Below are positions 1 to 10,233 of a stretch of DNA of 64,000 nucleotides, in pieces. Each line of letters opens with the position of its first letter. Positions within the stretch are counted from its first letter, which is position 1. Under the pieces are notes generated by a model that worked only from the letters and a program-made list of their open reading frames with translations, was not told where the DNA came from and searched no databases. The stretch is from contig JAJQHZ010000085.1 in assembly GCA_021199475.1 (NCBI GenBank), positions 34,089 to 98,088 of the forward strand, in the 5' to 3' direction. The stretch is from Lachnospiraceae bacterium. Lineage in GTDB: Bacteria; Bacillota; Clostridia; Lachnospirales; Lachnospiraceae. Position numbers and translations under genes: made by a program.

Positions 1-70
1 GAAAGGCGCTGTTCCGGGACCGAAGAAGGCACTCGTTACATTGAAGAATACCGTTAAGAGCGGTAAATAA
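1..70 (+). CDS. rplC: 50S ribosomal protein L3, C-terminal end (gene begins upstream of window)
   Basis: Frame 2 reads KGAVPGPKKALVTLKNTVKSGK then TAA at 68-70; lies directly upstream of rplD as in S10 operons. Confidence 0.8.
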   Translation, partial: KGAVPGPKKALVTLKNTVKSGK

Positions 71-100
71 GCCTTAGGACAGGAAAGGAGGAGAACACAG

Positions 101-721
101 ATGGCAAACGTAGCTGTTTATAATATGGAAGGCAAAGAAGTAGGCCAGATGGAGCTGAATGATGCCGTGTTTGGTGTGGAAGTGAATGAACATCTCGTAC
201 ACCTCGCGGTCGTGAGCCTGCTTGCAGGCAAGCGCCAGGGCACCCAGAAGGCAAAGACCAGCTCTGAGGTTTCCGGCGGCGGCAAGAAGCCGTGGAGACA
301 GAAGGGCACCGGCCACGCGAGACAGGGTTCAATCCGTGCTCCGCAGTGGAAGGGCGGCGGCGTTGTATTCGCACCGGTACCGAGAGATTACTCGTTCAAG
401 ATGAACAAGAAGGAAAAGAGACTGGCTCTGAAGTCTGCTCTGACCTCCAGAGTACAGGAGAACAAGTTGATCGTTCTTGATGAGCTGAAGCTTGCGGAGA
501 TCAAGACGAAGAACATGAAGGCGGTTCTGGATGCGCTGAAGCTTGAGAAGGCGCTGGTAGTGATCGAGGAAAATGATCAGAATGTCGTTCTTTCCGCACG
601 GAACCTTCCGGATGTGAAGACGGCGCTCATCAATACGATCAATGTATATGACATTCTGAAATACAACACCGTAGTGGTTACAAAGGCTGCAGTGGAGGCA
701 ATCGAGGAGGTGTATGCGTAA
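101..721 (+). CDS. rplD: 50S ribosomal protein L4
   Basis: 206-aa ORF, L4 signature [22 protein letters not shown], strong GGAGG RBS, operon position. Confidence 0.97.
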   Translation: MANVAVYNMEGKEVGQMELNDAVFGVEVNEHLVHLAVVSLLAGKRQGTQKAKTSSEVSGGGKKPWRQKGTGHARQGSIRAPQWKGGGVVFAPVPRDYSFKMNKKEKRLALKSALTSRVQENKLIVLDELKLAEIKTKNMKAVLDALKLEKALVVIEENDQNVVLSARNLPDVKTALINTINVYDILKYNTVVVTKAAVEAIEEVYA

Positions 722-1020
722 TGGCTGATATCAAGTATTATGACGTAATCCTGAAGCCGGTGATTACGGAGAAAAGCATGAATTCCATGGCGGATAAAAA
801 GTACACGTTCCTGGTGCATCCGGATGTGACGAAGTCTCAGATCAAAGAGGCGGTTGAGAAGATGTTTGACGGCACGAAGGTGGCAAGCGTCAACACGATG
901 AATCTCGAGGGCAAGCCAAAGCGCCGCGGGATGACGACCGGCAAGACGGCGAAGAGGAAGAAAGCGATTGTTCAGCTGACCGAGGACAGCAAGGACATCG
1001 AGATCTTCGAGGGACTGTAA
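721..1020 (+). CDS. rplW: 50S ribosomal protein L23
   Basis: 99-aa ORF, start overlaps rplD stop (TAATG), L23-like sequence and position. Confidence 0.96.
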   Translation: MADIKYYDVILKPVITEKSMNSMADKKYTFLVHPDVTKSQIKEAVEKMFDGTKVASVNTMNLEGKPKRRGMTTGKTAKRKKAIVQLTEDSKDIEIFEGL

Positions 1021-1147
1021 TCAGCCGTTTTCTATGACACACGGCGGTGGGACGCCGGACGGATAACATCCGGACCGGGAAGGACACACCCCGATGTGTT
1101 GTAAACTATCTGTCAAAAGGCAGGATAAAGAGAAAAGGAGAAACATC

Positions 1148-1987
1148 ATGGGAATCAAAACCTATAATCCATATACGCCTTCAAGAAGGCATATGACCGG
1201 TTCTGATTTTTCAGAGATTACGAAGTCGACTCCGGAAAAGGCGCTGACCGTAACCCTGAAGAAGAAATCCGGCCGGAACAATCAGGGCAAGATTACCGTC
1301 AGACATCAGGGCGGTGGTAACAGAAGAAAATACAGACTGGTGGATTTCAAGAGAACGAAGGACGGCGTTCCGGCAAAGGTTCTCGGTATCGAGTATGATC
1401 CGAACCGCAGCGCCAACATCGCGCTGATCTGCTATGCGGACGGTCAGAAGTCCTATATCCTTGCTCCGGCGGGTATGCAGGTAGGCTGGACAGTCATGAA
1501 CGGCCCGGAGGCAGAGGTTCGTGTCGGCAACTGCCTGCCGCTCTCCGCGATTGCTGTTGGTACTATGGTTCACAATGTTGAGCTTTACCCGGGTCACGGC
1601 GGACAGCTGGTTCGCTCAGCCGGCAACGGTGCGCAGCTGATGGCGAAGGAAGGCAAGTACGCGACCTTAAGACTTCCGTCCGGTGAGATGAGAATGGTTC
1701 CGATCGAGTGCCGCGCGACCGTAGGTGTTGTCGGTAATGGCGAGCACAACCTGATCAATATCGGCAAGGCAGGAAGAAAGCGTCACATGGGTATCCGCCC
1801 GACCGTCCGCGGTTCTGTTATGAACCCGAACGACCACCCGCATGGCGGCGGCGAGGGCAGGGCTCCGGTAGGACGTCCGGGTCCGAGCACACCGTGGGGC
1901 AAGCCTGCGATGGGTCTGAAGACGAGAAAGAAGAAAAAAGCTTCCAACAAGCTGATTGTAAGAAGAAGAGACGGCAAGGCCGTATGA
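1148..1987 (+). CDS. rplB: 50S ribosomal protein L2
   Basis: ORF 1094-1987; ATG at 1148 ([16 protein letters not shown]) preceded by AAGGAG; GHGGGEGR motif. Confidence 0.97.
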   Translation: MGIKTYNPYTPSRRHMTGSDFSEITKSTPEKALTVTLKKKSGRNNQGKITVRHQGGGNRRKYRLVDFKRTKDGVPAKVLGIEYDPNRSANIALICYADGQKSYILAPAGMQVGWTVMNGPEAEVRVGNCLPLSAIAVGTMVHNVELYPGHGGQLVRSAGNGAQLMAKEGKYATLRLPSGEMRMVPIECRATVGVVGNGEHNLINIGKAGRKRHMGIRPTVRGSVMNPNDHPHGGGEGRAPVGRPGPSTPWGKPAMGLKTRKKKKASNKLIVRRRDGKAV

Positions 1988-1993
1988 TGCATG

Positions 1994-2034
1994 CGGCCGC
2001 GTGAAAGCGGGGCTGCCGCGCAGCCCTGCGGCCG
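1994..2034 (+). repeat. nested-hairpin module (A-type) in rplB-rpsS spacer
   Basis: Outer CGGCCGC/GCGGCCG, 9-nt 5' spacer, inner GGGCTG-CCGCG-CAGCCC, 1-nt 3' spacer. Confidence 0.6.
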
Positions 2035-2089
2035 GTGTTAAGGAGACGACGGAAGGTCGTTTGCCATGAATAGTTTAAGGAGGGTAACA

Positions 2090-2371
2090 ATGGCTCGTTC
2101 ACTGAAAAAAGGACCGTTTGCTGATGAGAGTCTGCTGAAGAAAATAGATGCAATGAACGCTTCGGGAAGCAAGCAGGTCATCAAGACCTGGTCCCGCCGT
2201 TCCACCATTTTCCCGCAGATGGTTGGTCATACCATTGCGGTACATGATGGAAGGAAGCATGTTCCGGTATATATCACAGAGGATATGGTAGGGCACAAGC
2301 TTGGCGAATTCGTAGTCACCAGAACTTACAGAGGCCATAGCAAGGACGAGAAGAAGTCCCGTGCCAGGTAG
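2090..2371 (+). CDS. rpsS: 30S ribosomal protein S19
   Basis: ORF 2066-2371; ATG at 2090 ([10 protein letters not shown]) after AGGAGGG RBS. Confidence 0.97.
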   Translation: MARSLKKGPFADESLLKKIDAMNASGSKQVIKTWSRRSTIFPQMVGHTIAVHDGRKHVPVYITEDMVGHKLGEFVVTRTYRGHSKDEKKSRAR

Positions 2372-2403
2372 GGGAATTTAATTTTCGAAAGGAGACGAAT
2401 CCA

Positions 2404-2790
2404 ATGGCAAAAGGACATAGATCCCAGATCAAGAGAGAGAGAAATGCCCAGAAGGATACGAGACCGTCTGCGAAGGTTTCTTACGCACGGGTATCTGTCC
2501 GCAAGGCATGTTACGTTTTGGATGCCATCCGCGGGAAGGATGTGCAGACTGCGCTCGGCATTCTGACATACAACCCGAGATACGCATCAGAAGTGATTCT
2601 GAAGCTTCTGAAATCCGCGATCGCGAACGCGGAGAACAACAATGGTTTGAAAGCGGAGAACCTGTATATCGAAGAGTGTTTTGCGAATAAGGGTCCGACA
2701 ATGAAGAGAATCAGACCGAGGGCACAGGGCAGAGCATACCGCATTGAGAAGCGTATGAGCCACATCACAATCGTGCTGAATGAGAAGTAA
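2404..2790 (+). CDS. rplV: 50S ribosomal protein L22
   Basis: 128-aa ORF, L22-like, operon order. Confidence 0.96.
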   Translation: MAKGHRSQIKRERNAQKDTRPSAKVSYARVSVRKACYVLDAIRGKDVQTALGILTYNPRYASEVILKLLKSAIANAENNNGLKAENLYIEECFANKGPTMKRIRPRAQGRAYRIEKRMSHITIVLNEK

Positions 2791-2801
2791 GGAGGACTGG
2801 C

Positions 2802-3452
2802 ATGGGACAGAAAGTTAATCCGCATGGTCTTAGAGTTGGTATTATCAAGGACTGGGATTCCAAATGGTATGCAGAAGCAGATTTCGCTGATTGCCTGATT
2901 GAGGACCACGAGATCCGCACGTATCTGAAAAAGAGATTATACAGCGCAGGTGTTTCGACGATTGAGATCGAGCGGGCATCTGACAGAGTAAAGGTAATCA
3001 TCCACACGGCGAAGCCGGGCGTTGTCATCGGCAAGGGCGGCAAGGAGATTGAGGAGCTCAGAAAAGACCTCCAGAAGAAGCTCTCCAAGAAGCTGATTGT
3101 GGATGTGAAGGAGATCAAGAGACCGGATAAGGATGCACAGCTGGTAGCGGAGAACATCGCAGCGCAGCTGGAGAACCGTGTGTCATTCCGCCGCGCGATG
3201 AAGTCCGCGATGAGCAGAACGATGAAGTCCGGTGCACTGGGCATTAAGACCGCTGCGTCCGGCCGTCTTGGCGGCGCGGATATGGCGCGTTCTGAGTTCT
3301 ACAGCGAGGGTACCATCCCGCTTCAGACACTGAGAGCTGATATTGACTATGGATTCGCCGAGGCAAACACCACATACGGCAAGGTTGGCGTAAAGGTATG
3401 GATTTACAAGGGCGAAATACTTCCATCTAAGAAAGAAGGGAGCGATAAATAA
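2802..3452 (+). CDS. rpsC: 30S ribosomal protein S3
   Basis: 216-aa [17 protein letters not shown]..., KH domain GKGGKEIE. Confidence 0.97.
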   Translation: MGQKVNPHGLRVGIIKDWDSKWYAEADFADCLIEDHEIRTYLKKRLYSAGVSTIEIERASDRVKVIIHTAKPGVVIGKGGKEIEELRKDLQKKLSKKLIVDVKEIKRPDKDAQLVAENIAAQLENRVSFRRAMKSAMSRTMKSGALGIKTAASGRLGGADMARSEFYSEGTIPLQTLRADIDYGFAEANTTYGKVGVKVWIYKGEILPSKKEGSDK

Positions 3453-3889
3453 TGTTAATGCCGAAAAGAACAAAACACCGCAAGCAGTTCCGTGGCTCCA
3501 TGAAGGGCAAGGCTCTCAGAGGCAACACGATTTCGAACGGTGAGTATGGCCTGGTGGCTCTTGAGCCGTGTTGGATTAAGTCGAACCAGATTGAGGCGGC
3601 CCGTGTCGCGATGACCCGTTATATCAAGCGTGGCGGTAAAGTTTGGATTAAGATTTTCCCGGATAAGCCTGTGACAACGAAGCCGGCTGAGACCCGAATG
3701 GGTTCCGGAAAAGGTACCCTGGAATACTGGGTTGCAGTTGTAAAGCCGGGACGTGTTATGTTCGAGCTGGCCGGAGTACCGGATGATGTTGCCCGTGAGG
3801 CGCTGCGTCTCGCTATGCACAAATTACCCTGCAAATGTAAAATCGTTTCTCGTGCAGACTTAGAAGGCGGTGATAACAGTGAAGAGTAA
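3452..3889 (+). CDS. rplP: 50S ribosomal protein L16
   Basis: 145-aa [18 protein letters not shown], start overlaps rpsC stop. Confidence 0.97.
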   Translation: MLMPKRTKHRKQFRGSMKGKALRGNTISNGEYGLVALEPCWIKSNQIEAARVAMTRYIKRGGKVWIKIFPDKPVTTKPAETRMGSGKGTLEYWVAVVKPGRVMFELAGVPDDVAREALRLAMHKLPCKCKIVSRADLEGGDNSEE

Positions 3890-4082
3890 GAAGTATGTAG
3901 AAAGCTTAGAGAGCAAGTCCGCGGCAGAATTACAGGAAGAACTGGTAGCCGCGAAAAAAGAACTTTTCAATCTGAGATTCCAGAACGCGACGAACCAGCT
4001 GGATAACACGGGCAGAATCAAAGAAGTTCGCAAGAACATCGCCAGAATTCAGACTGTTATCACAGAAAAGGCGAATGCGTGA
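3870..4082 (+). CDS. rpmC: 50S ribosomal protein L29
   Basis: 70-aa ORF with GTG start (3870 or 3879), [19 protein letters not shown] typical of L29. Confidence 0.9.
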   Translation: MITVKSKKYVESLESKSAAELQEELVAAKKELFNLRFQNATNQLDNTGRIKEVRKNIARIQTVITEKANA

Positions 4083-4094
4083 TCCGCGTCCCTG

Positions 4095-4160
4095 GTTCAA
4101 TGTTTAACATCATATGAATCGGGACATTCCGCGTCACAGATCCTTTGCAGGATTTATGAC
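4095..4160 (+). repeat. composite hairpin element (H1 + GGGACATTC linker + B hairpin 4133-4160) in rpmC-rpsQ spacer
   Basis: B: GTCACAGATCCT-TTGC-AGGATTTATGAC, 12 bp with a C.A mispair at position 5. Confidence 0.7.
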
Positions 4161-4182
4161 AATATAAGAAAGGAGAATTTCC

Positions 4183-4437
4183 GTGGAAAGAAATCTTAGA
4201 AAAACCCGTACGGGCAAGGTTGTCAGCGATAGAATGGATAAGACGATCGTTGTAGCTGTAGAGGATCACGTAAAGCATCCGCTCTACAACAAAATCGTGA
4301 AGAAGACATACAAGCTGAAGGCGCATGATGAGAATAATGAGTGCAACATCGGCGATACCGTAAAGGTTATGGAGACAAGACCGCTGTCTAAGGACAAGAG
4401 ATGGAGGCTTGTGGAAATCGTTGAGAAGGTTAAATAA
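4183..4437 (+). CDS. rpsQ: 30S ribosomal protein S17
   Basis: 84-aa ORF, GTG start after AAAGGAG, S17-like [19 protein letters not shown]. Confidence 0.95.
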   Translation: MERNLRKTRTGKVVSDRMDKTIVVAVEDHVKHPLYNKIVKKTYKLKAHDENNECNIGDTVKVMETRPLSKDKRWRLVEIVEKVK

Positions 4438-4455
4438 CAGAGGAGGTATATCGGC

Positions 4456-4824
4456 ATGATACAGCAGGAATCCAGACTCAGGGTTGCTGATAATACTGGT
4501 GCGAAAGAGATTCTCTGCATCCGTGTTATGGGCGGTTCCACCAGAAGATATGCGACTGTTGGCGATACCATTATTGCTACGGTCAAAGATGCAACGCCAG
4601 GCGGTGTTGTCAAAAAAGGCGATGTCGTTAAGGCAGTTGTCGTTCGGACGGTAAAGGGCATCCGCCGCAAGGACGGTTCCTATATCCGATTTGACGAGAA
4701 CGCGGCAGTCATCATCAAGGATGACCTTACCCCGCGCGGAACCCGTATTTTCGGACCGGTAGCGAGAGAGCTTCGTGACAAGAAATTCATGAAGATTGTC
4801 TCCCTGGCGCCGGAGGTATTATAA
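4456..4824 (+). CDS. rplN: 50S ribosomal protein L14
   Basis: 122-aa [21 protein letters not shown]. Confidence 0.97.
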   Translation: MIQQESRLRVADNTGAKEILCIRVMGGSTRRYATVGDTIIATVKDATPGGVVKKGDVVKAVVVRTVKGIRRKDGSYIRFDENAAVIIKDDLTPRGTRIFGPVARELRDKKFMKIVSLAPEVL

Positions 4825-4837
4825 GGAGGACCGGAAC

Positions 4838-5137
4838 ATGAATAAGATTAAGACGGGCGATACGGTAAAGGTAATCGCCGGCAAGGAAAAAGGCAAGGAT
4901 GGCAAGGTCCTGGCGGTAAAGGACGGCAAGGTCCTGATTGAGGGTGTCAACATGGTGACGAAGCATACGAAGCCGTCTGCCGCGAATCAGAATGGCGGGA
5001 TTGTGCAGAAAGAAGCTTTTCTTGACGCGTCGAATGTGATGTATCTCCACAAGGGTCAGACGACCAGAATCGGCTTTAAGCTGGATGGAGACAAGAAGGT
5101 CCGCGTGGCAAAATCCACCGGAGACGTAATTGACTAA
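4838..5137 (+). CDS. rplX: 50S ribosomal protein L24
   Basis: ORF 4796-5137; ATG at 4838 ([23 protein letters not shown] motif) after AGGAGG. Confidence 0.95.
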   Translation: MNKIKTGDTVKVIAGKEKGKDGKVLAVKDGKVLIEGVNMVTKHTKPSAANQNGGIVQKEAFLDASNVMYLHKGQTTRIGFKLDGDKKVRVAKSTGDVID

Positions 5138-5159
5138 TCAGGAGAGGAGGGTGCACAAG

Positions 5160-5699
5160 TTGAGCAGACTGAAAGAAGTATATCAGAATGAGATCGTAGA
5201 TGCTATGATCAAAAAATTTGGATATAAAAATATCATGGAAGTGCCGAAGCTTGAGAAGGTAGTAGTCAACATGGGCGTTGGCGAAGCAAAGGAGAATGCG
5301 AAAATCCTGGACTCCGCGGTCAGCGATATGGAAATCATTACCGGTCAGAAGGCAGTCAAGACAAAGGCAAAGAACTCCGTCGCAAACTTCAAGATCAGAG
5401 AGGGTATGCAGATCGGATGTAAGACGACACTTCGCGGTGAGAAGATGTATGATTTTGTAGATCGTCTCATCAACCTTGCACTGCCGCGTGTACGTGACTT
5501 CCGGGGTGTGAACCCGAACGCGTTTGACGGCAGAGGAAACTACGCACTGGGCATTAAGGAACAGCTGATTTTCCCGGAGATCGAGTATGACAAGATCGAC
5601 AAGGTGCGCGGCATGGACGTAATTTTCGTTACGACCGCGAAGACCGACGAGGAAGCCAGAGAGTTGCTGAGACTGTTCAATATGCCGTTTATGAAGTAG
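5160..5699 (+). CDS. rplE: 50S ribosomal protein L5
   Basis: ORF 5130-5699. Likely TTG start at 5160 ([12 protein letters not shown]) about 10 nt after AGGAGAGGAGG; GTG at 5151 is an alternative. Confidence 0.92.
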   Translation: MSRLKEVYQNEIVDAMIKKFGYKNIMEVPKLEKVVVNMGVGEAKENAKILDSAVSDMEIITGQKAVKTKAKNSVANFKIREGMQIGCKTTLRGEKMYDFVDRLINLALPRVRDFRGVNPNAFDGRGNYALGIKEQLIFPEIEYDKIDKVRGMDVIFVTTAKTDEEARELLRLFNMPFMK

Positions 5700-5711
5700 G
5701 AGGGAAGTTCC

Positions 5712-5897
5712 ATGGCAAAGACTTCAATGAAAATTAAGCAGCAGCGCAAACCGAAATTCTCAACGAGAGCGTACACGCGCTGCAGAATCTGCGGCCGTCC
5801 GCATTCCGTTCTGAGAAAATACGGGATCTGCCGCGTCTGCTTCCGTGAGCTGGCATACAAGGGCCAGATTCCGGGCGTGAAGAAAGCAAGCTGGTAA
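5712..5897 (+). CDS. rpsN: 30S ribosomal protein S14, type Z (zinc form)
   Basis: 61-aa ORF with CRICGRP...CRVC two CxxC pairs. Confidence 0.95.
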   Translation: MAKTSMKIKQQRKPKFSTRAYTRCRICGRPHSVLRKYGICRVCFRELAYKGQIPGVKKASW

Positions 5898-5919
5898 AAT
5901 AAGAAATAGATGAGGGAAA

Positions 5920-6008
5920 GCCACCGCCAAAGGCGGCGGGGCGCGTCCTCGATTCATTGTATGAATCGGGACATTCTACGTCGTACATTTGCTTCGCAAA
6001 TATATGAC
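5920..6008 (+). repeat. composite hairpin element in rpsN-rpsH spacer (short A-like 5920-5942, H1 5950-5968, B 5980-6008)
   Basis: H1 CGATTCAT-TGT-ATGAATCG; linker GGACATTCTAC; B GTCGTACATTTGC-TTC-GCAAATATATGAC. Confidence 0.7.
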
Positions 6009-6049
6009 ATGGCATGTAAAGTCTGAGGAGAGACGAGGAGGAAACTTAC

Positions 6050-6451
6050 ATGACGATTTCAGATCCGATTGCGGATATGCTCACGAGAATCCGCAATGCA
6101 AATACTGCAAAGCATGATACAGTCGATGTTCCGGCGTCCAAGATGAAGATCGCGATTGCGAACATTCTGGTCGATGAAGGATATATCAAAAAATACGAGC
6201 TGAAGGGAAATGGTGTTTCGAAGGACATTCATATCACCCTGAAATATGGCGCGGATAAGAACGAGAAGGTCATCACCGGCCTGAAGAGAATCTCCAAACC
6301 GGGTCTGCGTGTATATGCAGGCAAGGAGAATCTGCCGAGAGTCCTTGGCGGACTTGGTATCGCGATTCTGTCTACAAACCAGGGCGTGATCACCGACAAG
6401 CAGGCGAGAAAGCTGCAGGTTGGCGGCGAAGTGCTCGCGTTTGTGTGGTAA
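6050..6451 (+). CDS. rpsH: 30S ribosomal protein S8
   Basis: 133-aa [20 protein letters not shown]. Confidence 0.97.
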   Translation: MTISDPIADMLTRIRNANTAKHDTVDVPASKMKIAIANILVDEGYIKKYELKGNGVSKDIHITLKYGADKNEKVITGLKRISKPGLRVYAGKENLPRVLGGLGIAILSTNQGVITDKQARKLQVGGEVLAFVW

Positions 6452-6461
6452 GATAAGGAGA

Positions 6462-6612
6462 GCCATCGCATGCTTTGTGCAAAGGAGGGGCCCGACTTGC
6501 CGGGAAGATTCCTTGGCACTGGCGCGTAAGCGCTGCGATGGCCTGGGTGTTCTCGATTTACTGCGTAAATCGGAACATTCTACGTCGCAAATTTGCCTTG
6601 CAAATTTACGAC
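6462..6612 (+). repeat. composite hairpin element in rpsH-rplF spacer (long A-like 6462-6542, H1 6554-6572, B 6584-6612)
   Basis: GCCATCGCA ... TGCGATGGC; H1 CGATTTAC-TGC-GTAAATCG; linker GAACATTCTAC; B GTCGCAAATTTGC-CTT-GCAAATTTACGAC. Confidence 0.7.
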
Positions 6613-6677
6613 ATTTACTGAAAACAGAAGGGGCGCGCAGTCCCTTCCGAAAATCTAAGTAAGGAGGACATACAGGC

Positions 6678-7217
6678 ATGTCACGTATAGGAAGAATGCC
6701 AGTGGCAATCCCGGCAGGCGTTACTGTCACGATTGCGGAAGGAAATGAAGTAACAGTGAAGGGTCCGAAAGGAACGCTCGTGCGGGCGCTTCCGAAGGAG
6801 ATGGAGATTAAGCTTGAGGATGGCCATGTGGTTGTCTCCAGACCGAATGATCTGAAAAGGATGAAATCTCTCCACGGACTTACCAGAACCCTGATTCATA
6901 ATATGGTTGTCGGCGTCAGCGAGGGCTACACCAAGACGCTCGAGATCAACGGTGTCGGCTATCGTGCGCAGAAATCAGGCAAGAAGCTTACGCTGACCCT
7001 TGGCTATTCTCATCCGGTTGAGATGGAAGACCCGGCGGATATCGAGACAAAGGTAGATGGCAACAAGATTATCGTATCCGGTATCAGCAAGGAGAAGGTC
7101 GGCCAGTATGCGGCGGAGATCCGGGAGAAGAGAAAGCCGGAGCCGTATAAGGGCAAGGGCATCAAGTATGCGGATGAGGTAATCAGACGCAAGGTTGGTA
7201 AGACTGGTAAGAAATAA
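6678..7217 (+). CDS. rplF: 50S ribosomal protein L6
   Basis: 179-aa [18 protein letters not shown]. Confidence 0.97.
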   Translation: MSRIGRMPVAIPAGVTVTIAEGNEVTVKGPKGTLVRALPKEMEIKLEDGHVVVSRPNDLKRMKSLHGLTRTLIHNMVVGVSEGYTKTLEINGVGYRAQKSGKKLTLTLGYSHPVEMEDPADIETKVDGNKIIVSGISKEKVGQYAAEIREKRKPEPYKGKGIKYADEVIRRKVGKTGKK

Positions 7218-7234
7218 GTGAGGAGAGTGCGAAG

Positions 7235-7603
7235 ATGATTAATAAGAAATCAAGAACAGAAGTTCGTGTGAAAAAACATAAAAGAATTCGCAACCGTTAC
7301 AGCGGTACAGCCGAGAGACCGCGTCTTGCCGTATTCCGGAGCAACAAGCATATGTATGCGCAGGTCATCGACGATACGGTTGGACACACTCTGGTATCCG
7401 CCAGCACCCTGCAGAAGGATGTCAAAGCAGAGCTGGAGCAGACCGATGACGTAGCCGCAGCTGCATATCTTGGCAAGGTAATTGCCCAGAGAGCGCTTGA
7501 AAAAGGCATCAAAGAAGTCGTCTTTGACAGAGGCGGGTTCATCTATCAGGGCAAGGTGAAGGCTCTGGCTGAGGCAGCCAGAGAAGCCGGGCTGGAATTC
7601 TAA
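7235..7603 (+). CDS. rplR: 50S ribosomal protein L18
   Basis: 122-aa ORF, L18-like [18 protein letters not shown]. Confidence 0.96.
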   Translation: MINKKSRTEVRVKKHKRIRNRYSGTAERPRLAVFRSNKHMYAQVIDDTVGHTLVSASTLQKDVKAELEQTDDVAAAAYLGKVIAQRALEKGIKEVVFDRGGFIYQGKVKALAEAAREAGLEF

Positions 7604-7618
7604 GAGGAGGAAAGACAC

Positions 7619-8134
7619 ATGAGACATGAGATCATTGACCCGAAGCAGTTCGGAGAAGAGCTGACTGATAAGGTTGTGGCAATTAAGCGTGTATCCAAGA
7701 CTGTAAAGGGTGGACGTACCATGCGTTTTACTGCTCTTGTAGTGGTTGGCGACGGCAACGGTCATATCGGGGCAGGACTTGGCAAGGCGATTGAGATTCC
7801 GGAAGCAATCCGGAAAGGAAAAGAAGATGCAATGAAGAAGCTGATGACCATTCCGATGAATGAGGATTCCAGCGTACCGTATGATGTGATCGGTAAATTC
7901 GGCGGCGCAAGCGTACTGCTGAAGAGAGCTCCGGAAGGTACCGGTATCATCGCAGGCGGTCCGGTCCGCAGCGTCCTGGAGACCGCGGGTATCAAAAATA
8001 TCCGTACAAAGTCACTTGGCTCGAACAACAAGCAGAACGTAGTTCTGGCGACACTGGAAGCACTGAAGCAGATGAAATCCCCGGAGGAGGTAGCAAGACT
8101 TCGCGGGAAATCTGTAGAGGAGATTCTGGGATAA
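7619..8134 (+). CDS. rpsE: 30S ribosomal protein S5
   Basis: 171-aa ORF, S5-like [27 protein letters not shown]. Confidence 0.97.
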   Translation: MRHEIIDPKQFGEELTDKVVAIKRVSKTVKGGRTMRFTALVVVGDGNGHIGAGLGKAIEIPEAIRKGKEDAMKKLMTIPMNEDSSVPYDVIGKFGGASVLLKRAPEGTGIIAGGPVRSVLETAGIKNIRTKSLGSNNKQNVVLATLEALKQMKSPEEVARLRGKSVEEILG

Positions 8135-8140
8135 TAGTGA

Positions 8141-8263
8141 GCCATCGCAACGGAGATCAGGCTTGCGCCTGAAGGCGATGGCCTTCGTCCATGATTTCTG
8201 CGAAATCACGGACATATAGAGAGCCATCGCAATGAAGATCAGGCTTGCGCCTGATGGCGATGG
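8141..8263 (+). repeat. A - B - A hairpin triplet in rpsE-rpmD spacer (A1 8141-8182, B 8187-8213, A2 8224-8263)
   Basis: A: GCCATCGC..CAGGC-TTGC-GCCTG..GCGATGGC, twice; B: GTCCATGATTTC-TGC-GAAATCACGGAC. Confidence 0.75.
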
Positions 8264-8283
8264 GTATAGAGAGGAGGCCAGTC

Positions 8284-8466
8284 ATGGCAGACAAGGTAAA
8301 GGTTACACTGGTGAAGTCACCAATTGGTGCTATCCCAAAGCATCGCGCGACGGTGAAAGCACTTGGTCTTACCAAGCTGAACAAGACCGTGGAGCTTCCG
8401 AATAACGATGCCACAAAGGGCATGGTTCGGCAGGTTGCTCATCTGGTGAAGGTAGAAGAGGCGTAA
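8284..8466 (+). CDS. rpmD: 50S ribosomal protein L30
   Basis: ORF 8245-8466; ATG at 8284 ([15 protein letters not shown]) after GAGGAGG. Confidence 0.94.
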   Translation: MADKVKVTLVKSPIGAIPKHRATVKALGLTKLNKTVELPNNDATKGMVRQVAHLVKVEEA

Positions 8467-8477
8467 AGGAGGACATT

Positions 8478-8918
8478 ATGGATTTATCGAATTTAAGTCC
8501 GGCCGAGGGAAGCGTTCACAGCAATAACTTCAGACGTGGGCGCGGACACGGATCCGGAAATGGAAAGACGGCCGGCAAGGGCCACAAAGGACAGAAGGCG
8601 CGTTCCGGAGCACCGAGAATCGGTTTTGAGGGTGGTCAGATGCCTCTGTACAGACGTCTTCCGAAGAGAGGCTTCTATAATCGGAATTCTCTGGACATCG
8701 TTGTGGTTAATATTGGTGATCTGGAACGGTTTGAGGATGGGTCGGTTGTCACGATCGATACCCTGCTGGAGAACCGGATGATCAAAAAGCCGGGAGACGG
8801 CGTAAAGGTACTTGGAAATGGAACGCTCACAAAGAAGCTGACCGTGCAGGTGAATGCATTCAGCGAGGGCGCAAAAGCTAAGATCGAGGAGCTCGGTGGA
8901 AAAGCAGAGGTGATCTAA
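8478..8918 (+). CDS. rplO: 50S ribosomal protein L15
   Basis: 146-aa ORF, glycine/basic-rich N-terminus typical of L15. Confidence 0.96.
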   Translation: MDLSNLSPAEGSVHSNNFRRGRGHGSGNGKTAGKGHKGQKARSGAPRIGFEGGQMPLYRRLPKRGFYNRNSLDIVVVNIGDLERFEDGSVVTIDTLLENRMIKKPGDGVKVLGNGTLTKKLTVQVNAFSEGAKAKIEELGGKAEVI

Positions 8919-8919
8919 T

Positions 8920-10233
8920 ATGTTAGAGACACTCAAAAATATGTTCCGGATTAAAGATATCCGGAAAAAGCTGTTCTATACCTTCCTGATGATTATTGTG
9001 ATCCGATTTGGCTCACAGCTTCCGGTTCCGGGTGTGGACAGAGACTATTTTGCATCGTGGTTTTCATCATACTCCAATGATGCGTTCAACTTTTTCTCGG
9101 CGTTCACGGGCGGCTCCTTTGAGAATATGTCAATATTCGCGCTGAGCATTACCCCGTATATTACTTCCTCCATTATTATCCAGCTTCTCACGATTGCCAT
9201 CCCGGCACTTGAGGAGATGCACAGAGATGGGGAGGACGGCCGGAAGAAAATTACGCAGATTACGCGCTACACGACCGTTGGTCTTGCGCTGATTGAGAGT
9301 ATTGCGATGACCATCGGCTTTGGCAGAAGCGGCCTTCTCGAGGAGTTCAACGCACTGAATGCGATTACGGTCGTTGTGGCACTCGTTGCGGGCAGTACCC
9401 TGCTGATGTGGATCGGTGAGCGGATCACGGAAAACGGTGTCGGCAATGGTATCTCCATCGTCCTGATGGTCAATATCCTTTCCAGCGTACCGTCTGATTT
9501 TGTCAGCCTGTATGAGCTGTTCGTAAAGGGAAAGACCATCGCCAGAGGCGGACTTGCCGCGCTGATCATCATCGCGGTGGTACTCGTCACAGTTGTGCTG
9601 GTTATTTTCCTGAATGACGGTGAGAGAAGGATTCCGGTACAGTATGCGAAGAAGATGCAGGGCAGAAATATGGTGGGCGGTCAGTCTACACACATTCCGC
9701 TGAAGGTCAACACCGCAGGCGTAATCCCGGTCATCTTCGCTTCGTCGCTGATGTCGATTCCGTCGATGATCATTTCCTTCGCGGGAATCAGCACATCCGG
9801 AATTTCTGCTACGCTGGTCAGCATGCTGAGCCAGAACAACTGGTTCAACTTCAGCCATCCGGAGTATTCCATTGGCCTGATTCTGTATATCGTTCTGATT
9901 GTCTTCTTTGCGTATTTCTACACGTCAATCACATTCAACCCGATTGAGGTGTCAGACAATATCAAGAAGCAGGGCGGTTTTATCCCGGGTATTCGTCCGG
10001 GCAAGCCAACCACCGAATATCTGGATAAGGTGCTGAGCAACCTGGTATTCATCGGTGCGGTTGGCCTGATTATCGTCGTTCTGGTCCCGATTTTCTTTAA
10101 CGGTGTATTCGGAGCGTCAGTTTCCTTCGGCGGTACCTCGATCATCATTATCGTAGGTGTCATCCTGGAGACGCTGAAGCAGATTGAATCTCAGATGGTA
10201 GTCCGCAATTACAGGGGCTTCCTGATGGACTAA
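8920..10233 (+). CDS. secY: preprotein translocase subunit SecY
   Basis: 437-aa polytopic membrane ORF, SecY-like, canonical position after rplO. Confidence 0.96.
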   Translation: MLETLKNMFRIKDIRKKLFYTFLMIIVIRFGSQLPVPGVDRDYFASWFSSYSNDAFNFFSAFTGGSFENMSIFALSITPYITSSIIIQLLTIAIPALEEMHRDGEDGRKKITQITRYTTVGLALIESIAMTIGFGRSGLLEEFNALNAITVVVALVAGSTLLMWIGERITENGVGNGISIVLMVNILSSVPSDFVSLYELFVKGKTIARGGLAALIIIAVVLVTVVLVIFLNDGERRIPVQYAKKMQGRNMVGGQSTHIPLKVNTAGVIPVIFASSLMSIPSMIISFAGISTSGISATLVSMLSQNNWFNFSHPEYSIGLILYIVLIVFFAYFYTSITFNPIEVSDNIKKQGGFIPGIRPGKPTTEYLDKVLSNLVFIGAVGLIIVVLVPIFFNGVFGASVSFGGTSIIIIVGVILETLKQIESQMVVRNYRGFLMD

